DNA of 64,000 nt from a virus (IMGVR_UViG_3300043464_002149); one strand, 5' to 3'; shown: positions 10,675 through 21,242, counted from the first letter of the stretch. The notes: generated from the letters alone by a model not told the origin. Numbers and translations: made by a program.

Positions 10675-12450
10675 TTAACAGTTTATATCTCTGAATCCTT
10701 TGAATCCATTATTTTTATTATTGTATTCTTTTTCATTTATGAAATAAAAATTAAAATCAGTTTTAACATAATGTTGACCATTTATGAATGGATAATCTGT
10801 TCCATTACCCTCATCATCAATAAATCCATGATCATATAAATCCCTCCATTTCCATAATTTTTCATCTGGAAAATATCTAGCATTATCTGGTAAGTCTAAG
10901 ATGTTATTAGTGTTAAATGTTTCAACATATTGAGACATCTGTCTTAACTTAACTCTATAATGTGGTTGATATAATAATCCCATTTTATTATTCGCCGAAA
11001 TTGTTCCGCCAAAAGTACTAGTAGGTAAATTTTGATCATGATCAAAAATTGTCAATGGTTGTACAATCTTATGTAAGGATTCTGATATTATTCTTTCTTT
11101 TAATTCAGATGGGTTATATTCAACAAATGCACCAGTTAAAATGGTGTTAACTGGGGTTGTAACACCAGATGTAAACGTAATAGTACTGCCACTTTTTGTA
11201 AATGTTGAACCGCTTAAATTTGTTTCTAATGCTGTTGTTCCACTAAAATGGTTATCAATCCAACCGTCATGTAAATGAAATTTATACCCAACTTTAGGTG
11301 GGTATTCAAAATAACCAGATCCGTTTTTAAATAAAACCGTAACATAAATTTCTGATGGGGTATAACCAAGATTGTTTGTTAAACCAGTTAAAATAAAACT
11401 ATTTTTAAAATCATATATTAATGATTCTGGTCTGTTTCTTTCAACAAGTACATCGTTGTTACCCGCGCTATCTTCAAATAATAATTTCTTTTCATCTTCA
11501 AAAATCGGTGATTCAAAACCAGCTTTATCTAAAATTAAATCGGTTGATGAAGTTAATATTTTATGTTTATGTACATAATATGTTGAAGTCGTACCACTAA
11601 TATTCCTATCATTAATACACCTTTTGATTGTTATTAACTTAGGTATTGTTGTACCACTAAACTGTTGCTTATTTAAGTTTATAACATACTTCTCAGAATC
11701 ATACTTATCATCACCTAAACTTGATACAGAATACGTAACACCGCTAATACTTGAGATCGATGATATTATAACAAATTCTTCTTCACTGATGCCATGAGGT
11801 ACCGGTGTTGTTAATTTATAATATGTTGGTTTTTCTTCAACCCTACATGGTATTCCACTACCGGCATTAAATTGTATATGTGTTATTTTATCATTGTTAA
11901 ATGCTGTAGACCCACTAAGAGTATATGACATTGTGAAACCAGTATCGTGACCACTAACATAACTTAAATGAAAATTCCAATTATGATATGGTGCATTCAT
12001 GTTAGTGATAACCTGATGCTTGTTTCTTGGTTTTGTTGGTTGTGAAAATGTTGGTGTGTATGTGCCATATGTACTTCCACTAATTGCTGGAATGTTTACA
12101 TCTTCTCTATATGTGTCGCGTCTTATAAATGCAAATTCGTCATATGGTAAATAACCTGTATTGTCACCGCTAGCGCCATCACCAAATAAATAAAGATATT
12201 CAGCTAGATTACCATATGGTGTTGTACCACTATACATGTTTCTAAAAATCATTTTTAGTTTACCATATATCTTATACTTCTTACTTTGAGCTCTTTCGTA
12301 ACTAAAATGTTCCTCTAAATCTAATACAATAGAGCGGTCACCTTCTCTTAATAATTCCTCACTACTTTCTAGACCAATTCTTGTTGATAAATCAACAGCT
12401 GGCGATTTGTGGTACCTTAGTTCTGGTAATATGATTGTTTTCTTTTCCAT
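10675..12450 (-). CDS. Hypothetical structural protein rich in SG[STV]T motifs
   Basis: 591-aa ORF, tightly packed with its neighbours. Confidence 0.65.
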   Translation of the reverse strand: MEKKTIILPELRYHKSPAVDLSTRIGLESSEELLREGDRSIVLDLEEHFSYERAQSKKYKIYGKLKMIFRNMYSGTTPYGNLAEYLYLFGDGASGDNTGYLPYDEFAFIRRDTYREDVNIPAISGSTYGTYTPTFSQPTKPRNKHQVITNMNAPYHNWNFHLSYVSGHDTGFTMSYTLSGSTAFNNDKITHIQFNAGSGIPCRVEEKPTYYKLTTPVPHGISEEEFVIISSISSISGVTYSVSSLGDDKYDSEKYVINLNKQQFSGTTIPKLITIKRCINDRNISGTTSTYYVHKHKILTSSTDLILDKAGFESPIFEDEKKLLFEDSAGNNDVLVERNRPESLIYDFKNSFILTGLTNNLGYTPSEIYVTVLFKNGSGYFEYPPKVGYKFHLHDGWIDNHFSGTTALETNLSGSTFTKSGSTITFTSGVTTPVNTILTGAFVEYNPSELKERIISESLHKIVQPLTIFDHDQNLPTSTFGGTISANNKMGLLYQPHYRVKLRQMSQYVETFNTNNILDLPDNARYFPDEKLWKWRDLYDHGFIDDEGNGTDYPFINGQHYVKTDFNFYFINEKEYNNKNNGFKGFRDINC

Positions 12451-15400
12451 TATTCAGCACTTGTAAAGGCGCCCTTATCGCCAAAATATTCTATAAATTT
12501 ATCTACACCAGTTTTTCCAACTCTCAATCCAAAATAAAACATAAACGGTGTTGATAAAATTTGTTTATTTCCAGTATAGTAGTCTTGTGTTTTTCTGATT
12601 ATAAAATCATCAGTAAAATCCCAGCTCTGCGAATGCCATGTTCCACCATTACCATATCTAGTATATAATGTACCGGTTAAAGGTTCAGCTATAGTTCCAC
12701 TGGTTACATATAAATAAGTAAATCCTGGATACTCAGAATCAAAGTTAGTATGTGAGTCTACGGTAGAGATTTGATCAAATTCAATATCGTTAGTTGCATT
12801 TCCTGTATTAACTGTTAAACCACTAAATGTATATGTCATAGGTAATAACAAATACTTGTCTGATGGATCACTTGTTGAACCTGTCAAATTATATGCATAT
12901 GTCATCCCCTGTAATGGTTGAACTTCAACATTACTATAATCCCAAGATTGTTTATCCATTTGGTTAGTTGCATAAGAACCAAATCCAGTACCCTTTTTAT
13001 TCCATAAATAAAATGGAACTCTTTGTGATGATTCTGTTAATCTACCTGGTTCATTTAAACACGCTCTAATCCTTTCACCATCGTCATCAAGATATAACGT
13101 AACAGGTAATGGCCCATAGTTTGCGTTTCCGTTTTTGAAAACACTTGGATATACTTCTGGATCTAATATTTGATATGAATAACCAAGATATCTAGGATTT
13201 TGTAAATCAAACTCTTCTATACCAGCTTCGTTATTGATAGATATAAGTTGTAATATATCCCCATCCAAAATTTCATTTGTATATGTAAACCCAGTATTGT
13301 CAAAAAATTGTTCTAATTGGAAGTCGTTATTACTAACATCCATTCTGTAGTTAATTGCTAAACCTAAAAGTTCACCAAAGCTTTGAAAAGATGACGACCC
13401 TATTGATCTACTAACTGAACAGTTTGGATCTAAAGATGGGTCTGTACATATTTCTTTTATAAATTCATCTCTAGGGCCTAAATCAACTATGGTTGTTGGC
13501 CTACCAAGTCTTTTAAAAGAACCTTTAGTTTCACCCCAACTACTTTCAGAAACATAGGGTGATGATCTATAATAGAATTTATCTTGTGGACCAACATATC
13601 TAATAACATCTCCACAATATTTTCCTTTTTTACCTTTAAATAAAAAGAAATATAAAGATCCAGATAACCAGTTATCAACAAAAGAATAATTTACAATACC
13701 ACCACAAAATAATTTACCAACTCTTTTTCTTCTATAATATTCTCTCAATATTTCCCAAACTCTTGTTGTTCTTTGTGTACCTGGAACTATTGTGAATACG
13801 CCGTTTTCAAACTCGGACATACCACTTCTAGTAAATCTATCATATTGTTCACCTTCAAAAGAAGGTATTAATGGTACCCCACTACTATTGTAATATTTAA
13901 TATCGGCAGATAATGTTGAACCGTATGTCCTAAGACCTTCGCCATATAATGTGCCGGTAATATTTGTTGCAACAACACTTGTTGTTCCTAAAACATAACT
14001 AGCTGGTGAAATCGTACCTGTCCAACCATAGCTAGTATAACCAGTATTAGGATAATACCAGCTAACCAAAGCTTCGTCATATGGTGTATCATATATATCA
14101 CAACCTTCTTCAACTGCATCTGTTATTGGTAAGTCGATAGCTTCTTTATCAGTTGTACTTCTTATTGTTAATGTATATGAACCAGGTTCACCAAAAAGAA
14201 CACCATCATCTTGAAATGTTATAGATGTATAGCTTATGGTATTTCCACTAACATCTGTTACGGGGGTTCCAGAAAATTGAGTACTTAAAGATGTGTTACC
14301 ATATGTTTCACTACTTAATTGATAATCTGATTGATTGTTAATAAAATACAATATACCGTCACCACCTGTTATTAAAGCAGCACCTAACGCTTCTAAATCT
14401 TCACCAGGACAATCACCAGTTGTGTCTGGTACAAATGTTAATGATGTTACAGATAATGTTCTACTATTTTCAAGATAATCACCGGTAATAGTTACACTAC
14501 CAACAGAACAAAAAGAACTAGAAGAAGCGTCATCTTGAAGTTCTGAACCTAAAGTGTTACCACCGTTACATTCTTCACATTCTGGATAATTTATTAAATA
14601 TAATCTTCTTTGACCATTTTCTTGTGCTCTAAATGCCGCTTTTTTTATACTTCTCGCTAATTGTCTAATAGGTCTAAAATCAGCAGCGTCTCCAATCGTA
14701 AATAATAAACGTACTAAAGAATTTGTAAACGTTAATGTTAATAGATTTATTAAATGTTCAATAAATAATAAAACAGAAGAAATTAATAATGAAAAAGTTC
14801 TATTTCGTTTTCCAAAATTTACAGGTGGTGTAACTATTTCGCTAGAACAATCCTCTTCTTCTGGTGGTACAATCTCTTTAATACCAACATATCTGTCATT
14901 TGTAAAAAACGTACTATTATAATGAATATTTTGAAAAGATGATACAGTATAAACTTTATTATATGTCATCCTATAAAAATAATCTCTAGGATAAAATTGC
15001 CCAAAGTCATTATATAAAATACCTTTATCCGGATCTGTTGATACTGCGCTTGTAGGATAATCACTCCAGGTAGTTGAAAAGGCATATGATTTATCTTTTT
15101 CTCCAGAATATTCTCTTATATTAGGAACCAAGAAGCTAGCTGTTTTTCTTACTCTTTCATTTCCGCTATCATCTAAACTAAAACGAAATCTATAACACGC
15201 TGCCGTTGCCACACCTTTATTTGGATCATTGGTTATTTCATTTTCACCAAACTCATTTGTGTATATAAATTCAGAATTCATTGGTACTGGTAAAACAAAA
15301 CCACCATCCTCTGAAATATCTTCATCGATTTCGTATATTTCTAATATTGGTCTATTTTGTGAATCCTTTTCAGCGGTGAATCTAATTGCCTCAATTGTTC

Positions 15401-16265
15401 CAGTTTTTGTGGTTAAATCACATTTTCTACCCATTTTTCGTCTAGGCTGACAATTTTTGTTTAAAGAGTTACTACCCTTATCGGTGTATGTACCGCCAAT
15501 TAAAAATGCTTTAGGTTCTATATTAACCCCTTGATCAGATAAATCAAAATCTGTTCTACTTATACCAATTTGACACAAATCTATGTTACCCCAAAAAGGA
15601 TAAACATCTATTGTTCTATCAAATGAAACAATTTGTGGTAAAGAATCTAAATCTTTTGATGCTTTATATGAATAGGTGTTTTTAAATGAATCGACACCCA
15701 TTCCTTGTCTAATAAAATCGTAAGGTCTTAATGAAAAACAACCTATGTCTGATAAATCAACATCAACGTGGATTGTTTGTTCCCCTAAAGGAACCCCCCA
15801 AATCATGAAATCGCCAGAACTGTTAGTTTTTACTGTGTATTTGTAATATTTTTCAAAAACTTCAAGGTATTCTTCTCTTGAAAGAATGTCACCTTGATCG
15901 GGGAATGTTCCGGTTGGCTCATGACCTCCATGTTGTTTTCTAGATGGTAAAAGATTATATCTATAACCATCTTCATTTTTGTCCTGAGCTAATTTATATG
16001 GGTATAATGATGATATAACGGGATCGTTTTCATCACTTTCTTGTAACGGAATGAATATAGAAACTCTCGCATTCGGAACCCCTAATCCATTATTAACACT
16101 TATTCTACCACAAACAACACCATAATCAGCACATAAAGACGTGTATACATCCTGTTGAGTGAATTTTAAAGATAAGATCTCTAAAAGATCATAATCCTGT
16201 TTTAACTCAACAGTTACTTTCTTATCCCCATTTAAACTGGTGTTGATTCTATGTTTTTGTATCAT
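12450..16265 (-). CDS. Large baseplate-associated structural protein (N-terminal prealbumin/carboxypeptidase-regulatory-like motif, internal hydrophobic segment)
   Basis: 1271-aa ORF containing YGVVCGRISVNNGLGVPNARVSIF. TATTTATA box at 16272..16279; directly downstream of the gp6-like gene. Confidence 0.65.
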   Translation of the reverse strand: MIQKHRINTSLNGDKKVTVELKQDYDLLEILSLKFTQQDVYTSLCADYGVVCGRISVNNGLGVPNARVSIFIPLQESDENDPVISSLYPYKLAQDKNEDGYRYNLLPSRKQHGGHEPTGTFPDQGDILSREEYLEVFEKYYKYTVKTNSSGDFMIWGVPLGEQTIHVDVDLSDIGCFSLRPYDFIRQGMGVDSFKNTYSYKASKDLDSLPQIVSFDRTIDVYPFWGNIDLCQIGISRTDFDLSDQGVNIEPKAFLIGGTYTDKGSNSLNKNCQPRRKMGRKCDLTTKTGTIEAIRFTAEKDSQNRPILEIYEIDEDISEDGGFVLPVPMNSEFIYTNEFGENEITNDPNKGVATAACYRFRFSLDDSGNERVRKTASFLVPNIREYSGEKDKSYAFSTTWSDYPTSAVSTDPDKGILYNDFGQFYPRDYFYRMTYNKVYTVSSFQNIHYNSTFFTNDRYVGIKEIVPPEEEDCSSEIVTPPVNFGKRNRTFSLLISSVLLFIEHLINLLTLTFTNSLVRLLFTIGDAADFRPIRQLARSIKKAAFRAQENGQRRLYLINYPECEECNGGNTLGSELQDDASSSSFCSVGSVTITGDYLENSRTLSVTSLTFVPDTTGDCPGEDLEALGAALITGGDGILYFINNQSDYQLSSETYGNTSLSTQFSGTPVTDVSGNTISYTSITFQDDGVLFGEPGSYTLTIRSTTDKEAIDLPITDAVEEGCDIYDTPYDEALVSWYYPNTGYTSYGWTGTISPASYVLGTTSVVATNITGTLYGEGLRTYGSTLSADIKYYNSSGVPLIPSFEGEQYDRFTRSGMSEFENGVFTIVPGTQRTTRVWEILREYYRRKRVGKLFCGGIVNYSFVDNWLSGSLYFFLFKGKKGKYCGDVIRYVGPQDKFYYRSSPYVSESSWGETKGSFKRLGRPTTIVDLGPRDEFIKEICTDPSLDPNCSVSRSIGSSSFQSFGELLGLAINYRMDVSNNDFQLEQFFDNTGFTYTNEILDGDILQLISINNEAGIEEFDLQNPRYLGYSYQILDPEVYPSVFKNGNANYGPLPVTLYLDDDGERIRACLNEPGRLTESSQRVPFYLWNKKGTGFGSYATNQMDKQSWDYSNVEVQPLQGMTYAYNLTGSTSDPSDKYLLLPMTYTFSGLTVNTGNATNDIEFDQISTVDSHTNFDSEYPGFTYLYVTSGTIAEPLTGTLYTRYGNGGTWHSQSWDFTDDFIIRKTQDYYTGNKQILSTPFMFYFGLRVGKTGVDKFIEYFGDKGAFTSAE

Positions 16266-16325
16266 ATTAACTATAAATAGAAACTCATCAATTTTCCTAT
16301 AGAAAAAAGATAAGTAAAAAAGACG

Positions 16326-18158
16326 TTAATATGTAGTCGTGCCTAATGTTTTTACCCTTATTTTAATATCTTTCTGAGGAAACCTGATTTGGAATATTTG
16401 GTTAGCCTTCATAAAGACTGTCATATCACTTTGTAGAATCTCTTTTGTAGCTGTATCTTTATAGGATTGTGAGACTTGTGAAGATGAATATTCGCCGCCA
16501 ATCTTGTTATAAACTCTCACATCTATCACGTTAACAACACCTGGAACATTATTCACATCTTTCATTAATTCACCAACAAATAATGGATCACCCATTTTTC
16601 TTTTATCAATTGAGAAATAATCTGTTGTTGCGCTAATCACATCTCTAATAACTTCACCCTGATTTTGATTTTTATCTAAAAGTAGGTCAATTTCTAATCC
16701 CATGTCAATAACCTCACCACTAACAATATCAATATAGTCGTTAATCATTCTATATTGTGAAAGGTAATTAAGAATATTTTGTTTTAATGTGTTAGAGACA
16801 ACACTTGTTAAATTACCGCTTTGGTCATATGAAAGTAATTTTACTCTTACTTTATTATCTTCCTCCATCACATTTACCTTAGCTGGCGCACCATAAGTAG
16901 CTGGCATTGTTTCAATCATTGATTTGTAATCATTTAATGTTACAGCTCTATTTTGAGCAGCAAAATTATAAGATACCATTGCTCTAAGCTCTTCTACTGT
17001 TGGTTGGTCTGAACCGCCCACAGCTGGTGTAATGTTTGTCACACTTAAAGATTGTGAAACTTGACTATTTGTATTTGAATTTGGACCTGTGATAATAAAA
17101 TCAGAGTTTTCTACGTTATTAATAACACCAACCCCAACATTACTTTCTTTACCCCCACCAATTCTATATTTTATAAACAACGTAGTATCTTGTTTTGGTA
17201 TAGAACCTAATGAAAGATTGTTCAAATATGATGATAAATTCACTTTTAATTTATCAGTAATATAATTGTCTAAATTATCTAATGGATCAACATTACCAGA
17301 ACCAAAAGTTAAAAAGAAATAACCTTCTGGTGTATATTCTGTGATAAATTTATTTTGTACAGCTACATATTCACCAGCTTTAAAATTAGCCCTATCAGAA
17401 ACTGAAGTTGTACTTGGTACGAAAACTTTATCTTGAACCAAAGATTGTACTTCATACCATTTATTTGGGTCACCAATAAATTCACTATATGCTGGATTAC
17501 CAACAAACGATGTACCTTCTTTATGAATTACCGCCGAAACACCTAAAACGTTTCTTTCTGGTAAAAATATTTTTAAGAATGGTCTTTGTTCTTGTTGTGT
17601 AATAACCTTTCTGAATATTTTTGTGACCCCATTAACAACAGCTTCTCTTTTTACAATAGTATATGAAATTAAGTTATTGTTGTTATCAATGTTTGGTAAT
17701 TTAAGTCTATTTGGCTCGCCTTTGCTATTGAATGGATTTGAAAAATCAATATCTTCAATTGTTTCAAAAATTTGTCCGCCCCCAGAAATTTGAGCTCCGG
17801 CTCTTAAGATACCTTCATATCTGTCATCATCTTTATCTCCCTTAACAGGAACGTTAATACTAAAATCACATAAAGCAACAGAGGGTCTTTGACCAGGGAT
17901 TCTTATACCATATGTTTTTGCAATATGAAATAATGATTGTCTTTTTTGAGCAAAATCTAACATGGTTTCTTGCCAAACCCTATCAATATGAAAATGAAGG
18001 TTGTCAGAAACCGCTGCATTTAAATCCAATAATACAGAGTAAATTGACGCGTCATTTGTATTCTGTATAATATCTGGATAATATTCTTTGGTTAAATTTA
18101 CTAGGTCTTGTCTTAGACCAGCAAAATCTCTATTAGTATATGCTATCTTTTTGCTCAT
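16326..18158 (-). CDS. Baseplate wedge subunit (T4 gp6 / baseplate J-like)
   Basis: N-terminal YTNRDFAGLRQDL and the AVGGSD...FAAQNRAVTLNDY motif typical of gp6/J; adjacent to gp25. Confidence 0.85.
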   Translation of the reverse strand: MSKKIAYTNRDFAGLRQDLVNLTKEYYPDIIQNTNDASIYSVLLDLNAAVSDNLHFHIDRVWQETMLDFAQKRQSLFHIAKTYGIRIPGQRPSVALCDFSINVPVKGDKDDDRYEGILRAGAQISGGGQIFETIEDIDFSNPFNSKGEPNRLKLPNIDNNNNLISYTIVKREAVVNGVTKIFRKVITQQEQRPFLKIFLPERNVLGVSAVIHKEGTSFVGNPAYSEFIGDPNKWYEVQSLVQDKVFVPSTTSVSDRANFKAGEYVAVQNKFITEYTPEGYFFLTFGSGNVDPLDNLDNYITDKLKVNLSSYLNNLSLGSIPKQDTTLFIKYRIGGGKESNVGVGVINNVENSDFIITGPNSNTNSQVSQSLSVTNITPAVGGSDQPTVEELRAMVSYNFAAQNRAVTLNDYKSMIETMPATYGAPAKVNVMEEDNKVRVKLLSYDQSGNLTSVVSNTLKQNILNYLSQYRMINDYIDIVSGEVIDMGLEIDLLLDKNQNQGEVIRDVISATTDYFSIDKRKMGDPLFVGELMKDVNNVPGVVNVIDVRVYNKIGGEYSSSQVSQSYKDTATKEILQSDMTVFMKANQIFQIRFPQKDIKIRVKTLGTTTY

Positions 18159-18159
18159 A

Positions 18160-18615
18160 TTATATGTTAATAATTACAAAGTCAGAACTAGAAAAAGTCC
18201 CATTATTTGTTGTGTAATCGATTCTTATTTTTGCTGTGTATGGTTTTGTAGATCCATCCCCAGTTCTAAATAATCTGATATCCTCATCCTCACTAATACT
18301 TGAGGCACCGTCTTCTGGATCAATATCAGGATTAGTTATTTTTATTGAGTTTATTTCTAAATTAGGTATATAAATTTTTACTGTTTCTCTAATCTCGTCT
18401 TCAATACTGGTATATGTAATTGAGTCATTTAGATCAAAAATAAATTCATATAATCTAGTTCCGAAATCTGGTAAAAAATATCTACTACCCTTTCTTGTCA
18501 ATAATAAATGAATAAGATTTGCTCTAATCTCTTCATCCTTATTAAGGGTCATTCTAGTATAGTCACCTAGGGTGCTATTTCTAAAAGGAAAATCTATGCC
18601 ATATTTAGTAACCAT
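18160..18615 (-). CDS. Baseplate wedge / sheath initiator (gp25/GPW-like)
   Basis: GIDFPF...IRANLIHLLLTRKGSRYFLPDFGTRLYEFIFD is the gp25 signature. ATG at 18615 is preferred over TTG at 18633 because the TATTTAT box lies at 18620..18626. Confidence 0.9.
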   Translation of the reverse strand: MVTKYGIDFPFRNSTLGDYTRMTLNKDEEIRANLIHLLLTRKGSRYFLPDFGTRLYEFIFDLNDSITYTSIEDEIRETVKIYIPNLEINSIKITNPDIDPEDGASSISEDEDIRLFRTGDGSTKPYTAKIRIDYTTNNGTFSSSDFVIINI

Positions 18616-18652
18616 AACAATAAATATAAACAATACTAAAATGGATATAAAT

Positions 18653-18688
18653 AAAAAATCGCGACACCTTCGTAAAAAAGCGTCGCGA
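18653..18688 (-). terminator. Intrinsic terminator after nrdA
   Basis: Minus-strand stem TCGCGAC...GTCGCGA, extendable with G-U pairs, followed by TTTTTT. Confidence 0.8.
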
Positions 18689-18698
18689 AATTTAAATA

Positions 18699-18790
18699 GT
18701 GACTTGATATTCGCACCCTGTATTAAATCAAGTCCTGGATGCTCAAGGTACGCCTTGACGACAGTTAGACTTTGAGGGCGCCACCCATTA
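18699..18790 (-). ncRNA. Candidate structured RNA (two hairpins plus a pseudoknot) in the nrdA 3' region
   Basis: Hairpin TCAAGG-CGTA-CCTTGA at 18743..18758; 8-bp stem GACTTGAT/ATCAAGTC at 18701..18708 and 18727..18734. The stem's loop AGGGTGC can pair with upstream GCGCCCT. Confidence 0.45.
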
Positions 18791-18792
18791 TC

Positions 18793-21234
18793 TTAGGAAC
18801 CACAACCCTCACATTCAAACGGAGAATCCGTTGGTCTTTCACTAGTCATTATAACTTCAGGTGTGTCTTCACTTATTATAGATTTTTGTGTTGTCTGATA
18901 TGTAACCAATTGCTGTTGTGTTTCAGCTGATTTACTTACAGATGTATCAACCCCTAATCCTTTTATTGGATCTACAGCAGAACGGGTTCTTAAGTAGTAC
19001 ATACCGGTTTTTAAGCCAAGTTTCCAACCAAATAAGTGTGCAGCTAATAATTTTGGTTTTGTAGCGTTATCAATGAATAAATTCAAAGATTGTGATTGAT
19101 CGATAAACACACTTCTATTTGCCGCCATTTGTAAAATTCTCTTTTGAGACATTTCCCAAACAGTTTTATACACTTCTTTGATTTCAACCGGTATTTCTGG
19201 GATATTTTGAATTGAACCATTTTCCATGATTAGCTTCTTTTTAAGTTCATCATTCCATAAGTTCAACTTTAATAACTCATTAACCAAGTGTTTGTTAACA
19301 ACAACGAACTCACCACCTAATGTTCTTCTTGAATACATATTAGTTGTAAATGGTTCAAACGCTTCGTTATTACCAAGAATCTGTGCAGTTGATGCTGTTG
19401 GCATTGGTGCAATTAATAATGAATTTCTAACACCGTTGTTAACAACTTCTTTTCTTAATTTTTTCCAATCCCATCTACCAGATAAATGTTTATCTTTTAA
19501 ACCCCACATTTCAAATTGAAAAATACCCTTCTCAATTGGTGAACCAACAATAGATTCATATGGGCCATATTCTTTTGCTAAATCATTTGATGATGTCATA
19601 GCAGCAAAATAAATCGTTTCGAAAATATCCGTTTGTAATTTATCAGCTTCTTCTGATTCAAATGGTAATCCTAAAATACAGAATACATCAGCTAAGCCTT
19701 GAACACCTAAACCAATTGGTCTGTGTTTAAAGTTAGAGTTTTTAGTTTCTTCTGTTGGATAAAAATTTAAGTTAATTACATTATTCAAGTTTTTTACAAC
19801 TTGATATGTGTATTCATATAACATATCATGACTGAATTCACCATCAATAATATATTTTGGTAAAGCAATAGATGCTAGGTTACAAACAGCTTGTTCAGTT
19901 GGCGAACTATACTCAATAATTTCAGTACATAAGTTTGAAGACTTAATTGTACCTAAGTTCTTTTGATTTGATTTATAGTTAGCTGGATCTTTATATAACA
20001 TATAAGGCGTTCCAGTTTCAATTTGTGCAGTTAAAATTGCATCCATTAACTTTCTAGCCTTAATTGTTTTTCTAGCTAAACCTTGTTGTTCGTAAGATTC
20101 ATATAATCTAGTGAATGCTTTATCTTCTGGACTATCATACGCATCAGATAAACCTGGTGCTTCGTCTGGAGAGAATAATGACCAATCACCATCTTGTTCA
20201 ACACGTTGCATAAATAAATCTGGTGTCCACATAGCTAAGAATAAATCTCTTGCACGCATTTCTTCTTTACCATGATTTTTTCTTAAATCAATAAATTCAA
20301 AAACATCTGCATGCCATGGCTCTAGGTAGATAGCAAAAGATCCTTTTCTTTTACCACCTTGATTAATCCAACGAGCAACTTCATTATAAGTCTTCATCAT
20401 CGGTAGAAGCCCATCAGACATACCACCAGTTCCTTTAATGTATGCACCTTTAGCTCTTACATCATGAACATGTAAACCAATACCACCAGCCCATTTAGAA
20501 ATCTTTGCAACATCTTTAATTGTATCAAACAATCCATCAATATCATCACCTTTATTTCCAATTAAGAAACAAGATGACATTTGTGCTCTGCGTGTACCAG
20601 CATTAAATAATGTTGGTGTTGCATGCGTATAAAAATGTTGTGATAAATCATCATAAATTCTAAGTGCCATTTGTACATCACCACCACAAATACCAACAGC
20701 AACTCTCATATACATGTACTGTGGTCTTTCAACAACTCTTTCACTAATTTTTAATAGGTATGACCTTTCTAATGTTTTAAATCCAAAATATTCAAAATCA
20801 AAATCTCTATTAAAAACAATAGCGCCATCAATCACCTCTTTATTTTCCATAACAAACTTGTAAACATTATCATCAATTAGTGATGATTCTTTACCAGTTC
20901 TAGGTTCTACAAATGAATGTAGTTCCTTAATTGCTTGAGAAAATTTCTTTGGTGTTGTTTTATGTAAATTAGTGACAGCTAATCTTCCAGCTAACTTCGC
21001 ATAATCTGGATGTGTAGTTGTCATAGATGCTGCGGTTTCTGCTGCAAGCACATCTAATTCTTTTGTTGAAATACCATCATATATACCTTGTGTAACTTTT
21101 AAGGTTATAAATGTTGGATCAACATAATCCATATTTAAATCTTCACAAAGAGCACTAATTCTTTTAGTGATCTTGTCATATCTCATTTCTTCTAAGGTAC
21201 CGTCCCTCTTTAATACTTTCATTTTTCTATTCAA
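18793..21234 (-). CDS. nrdA: Ribonucleotide reductase class Ia alpha subunit with N-terminal ATP cone
   Basis: ATP cone VLKRDG...; HATPTLFNAG; QMSSCF; SSNLCTEI (catalytic Cys); IAPMPTAST; GLKTGMYYLR; C-terminal CxxC (CEGC). Confidence 0.97.
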   Translation of the reverse strand: MNRKMKVLKRDGTLEEMRYDKITKRISALCEDLNMDYVDPTFITLKVTQGIYDGISTKELDVLAAETAASMTTTHPDYAKLAGRLAVTNLHKTTPKKFSQAIKELHSFVEPRTGKESSLIDDNVYKFVMENKEVIDGAIVFNRDFDFEYFGFKTLERSYLLKISERVVERPQYMYMRVAVGICGGDVQMALRIYDDLSQHFYTHATPTLFNAGTRRAQMSSCFLIGNKGDDIDGLFDTIKDVAKISKWAGGIGLHVHDVRAKGAYIKGTGGMSDGLLPMMKTYNEVARWINQGGKRKGSFAIYLEPWHADVFEFIDLRKNHGKEEMRARDLFLAMWTPDLFMQRVEQDGDWSLFSPDEAPGLSDAYDSPEDKAFTRLYESYEQQGLARKTIKARKLMDAILTAQIETGTPYMLYKDPANYKSNQKNLGTIKSSNLCTEIIEYSSPTEQAVCNLASIALPKYIIDGEFSHDMLYEYTYQVVKNLNNVINLNFYPTEETKNSNFKHRPIGLGVQGLADVFCILGLPFESEEADKLQTDIFETIYFAAMTSSNDLAKEYGPYESIVGSPIEKGIFQFEMWGLKDKHLSGRWDWKKLRKEVVNNGVRNSLLIAPMPTASTAQILGNNEAFEPFTTNMYSRRTLGGEFVVVNKHLVNELLKLNLWNDELKKKLIMENGSIQNIPEIPVEIKEVYKTVWEMSQKRILQMAANRSVFIDQSQSLNLFIDNATKPKLLAAHLFGWKLGLKTGMYYLRTRSAVDPIKGLGVDTSVSKSAETQQQLVTYQTTQKSIISEDTPEVIMTSERPTDSPFECEGCGS

Positions 21235-21242
21235 TTGTTTTT

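Noticed and set aside
18699-18790. Assignment of the nrdA 3' RNA to hammerhead, HDV/theta, twister, pistol or SAM riboswitch
   Set aside because: Required cores (CUGAUGA/GAAA, a P3-L3 nested knot, the UUAAAUA linker, etc.) could not be placed by eye, so it is left unassigned.
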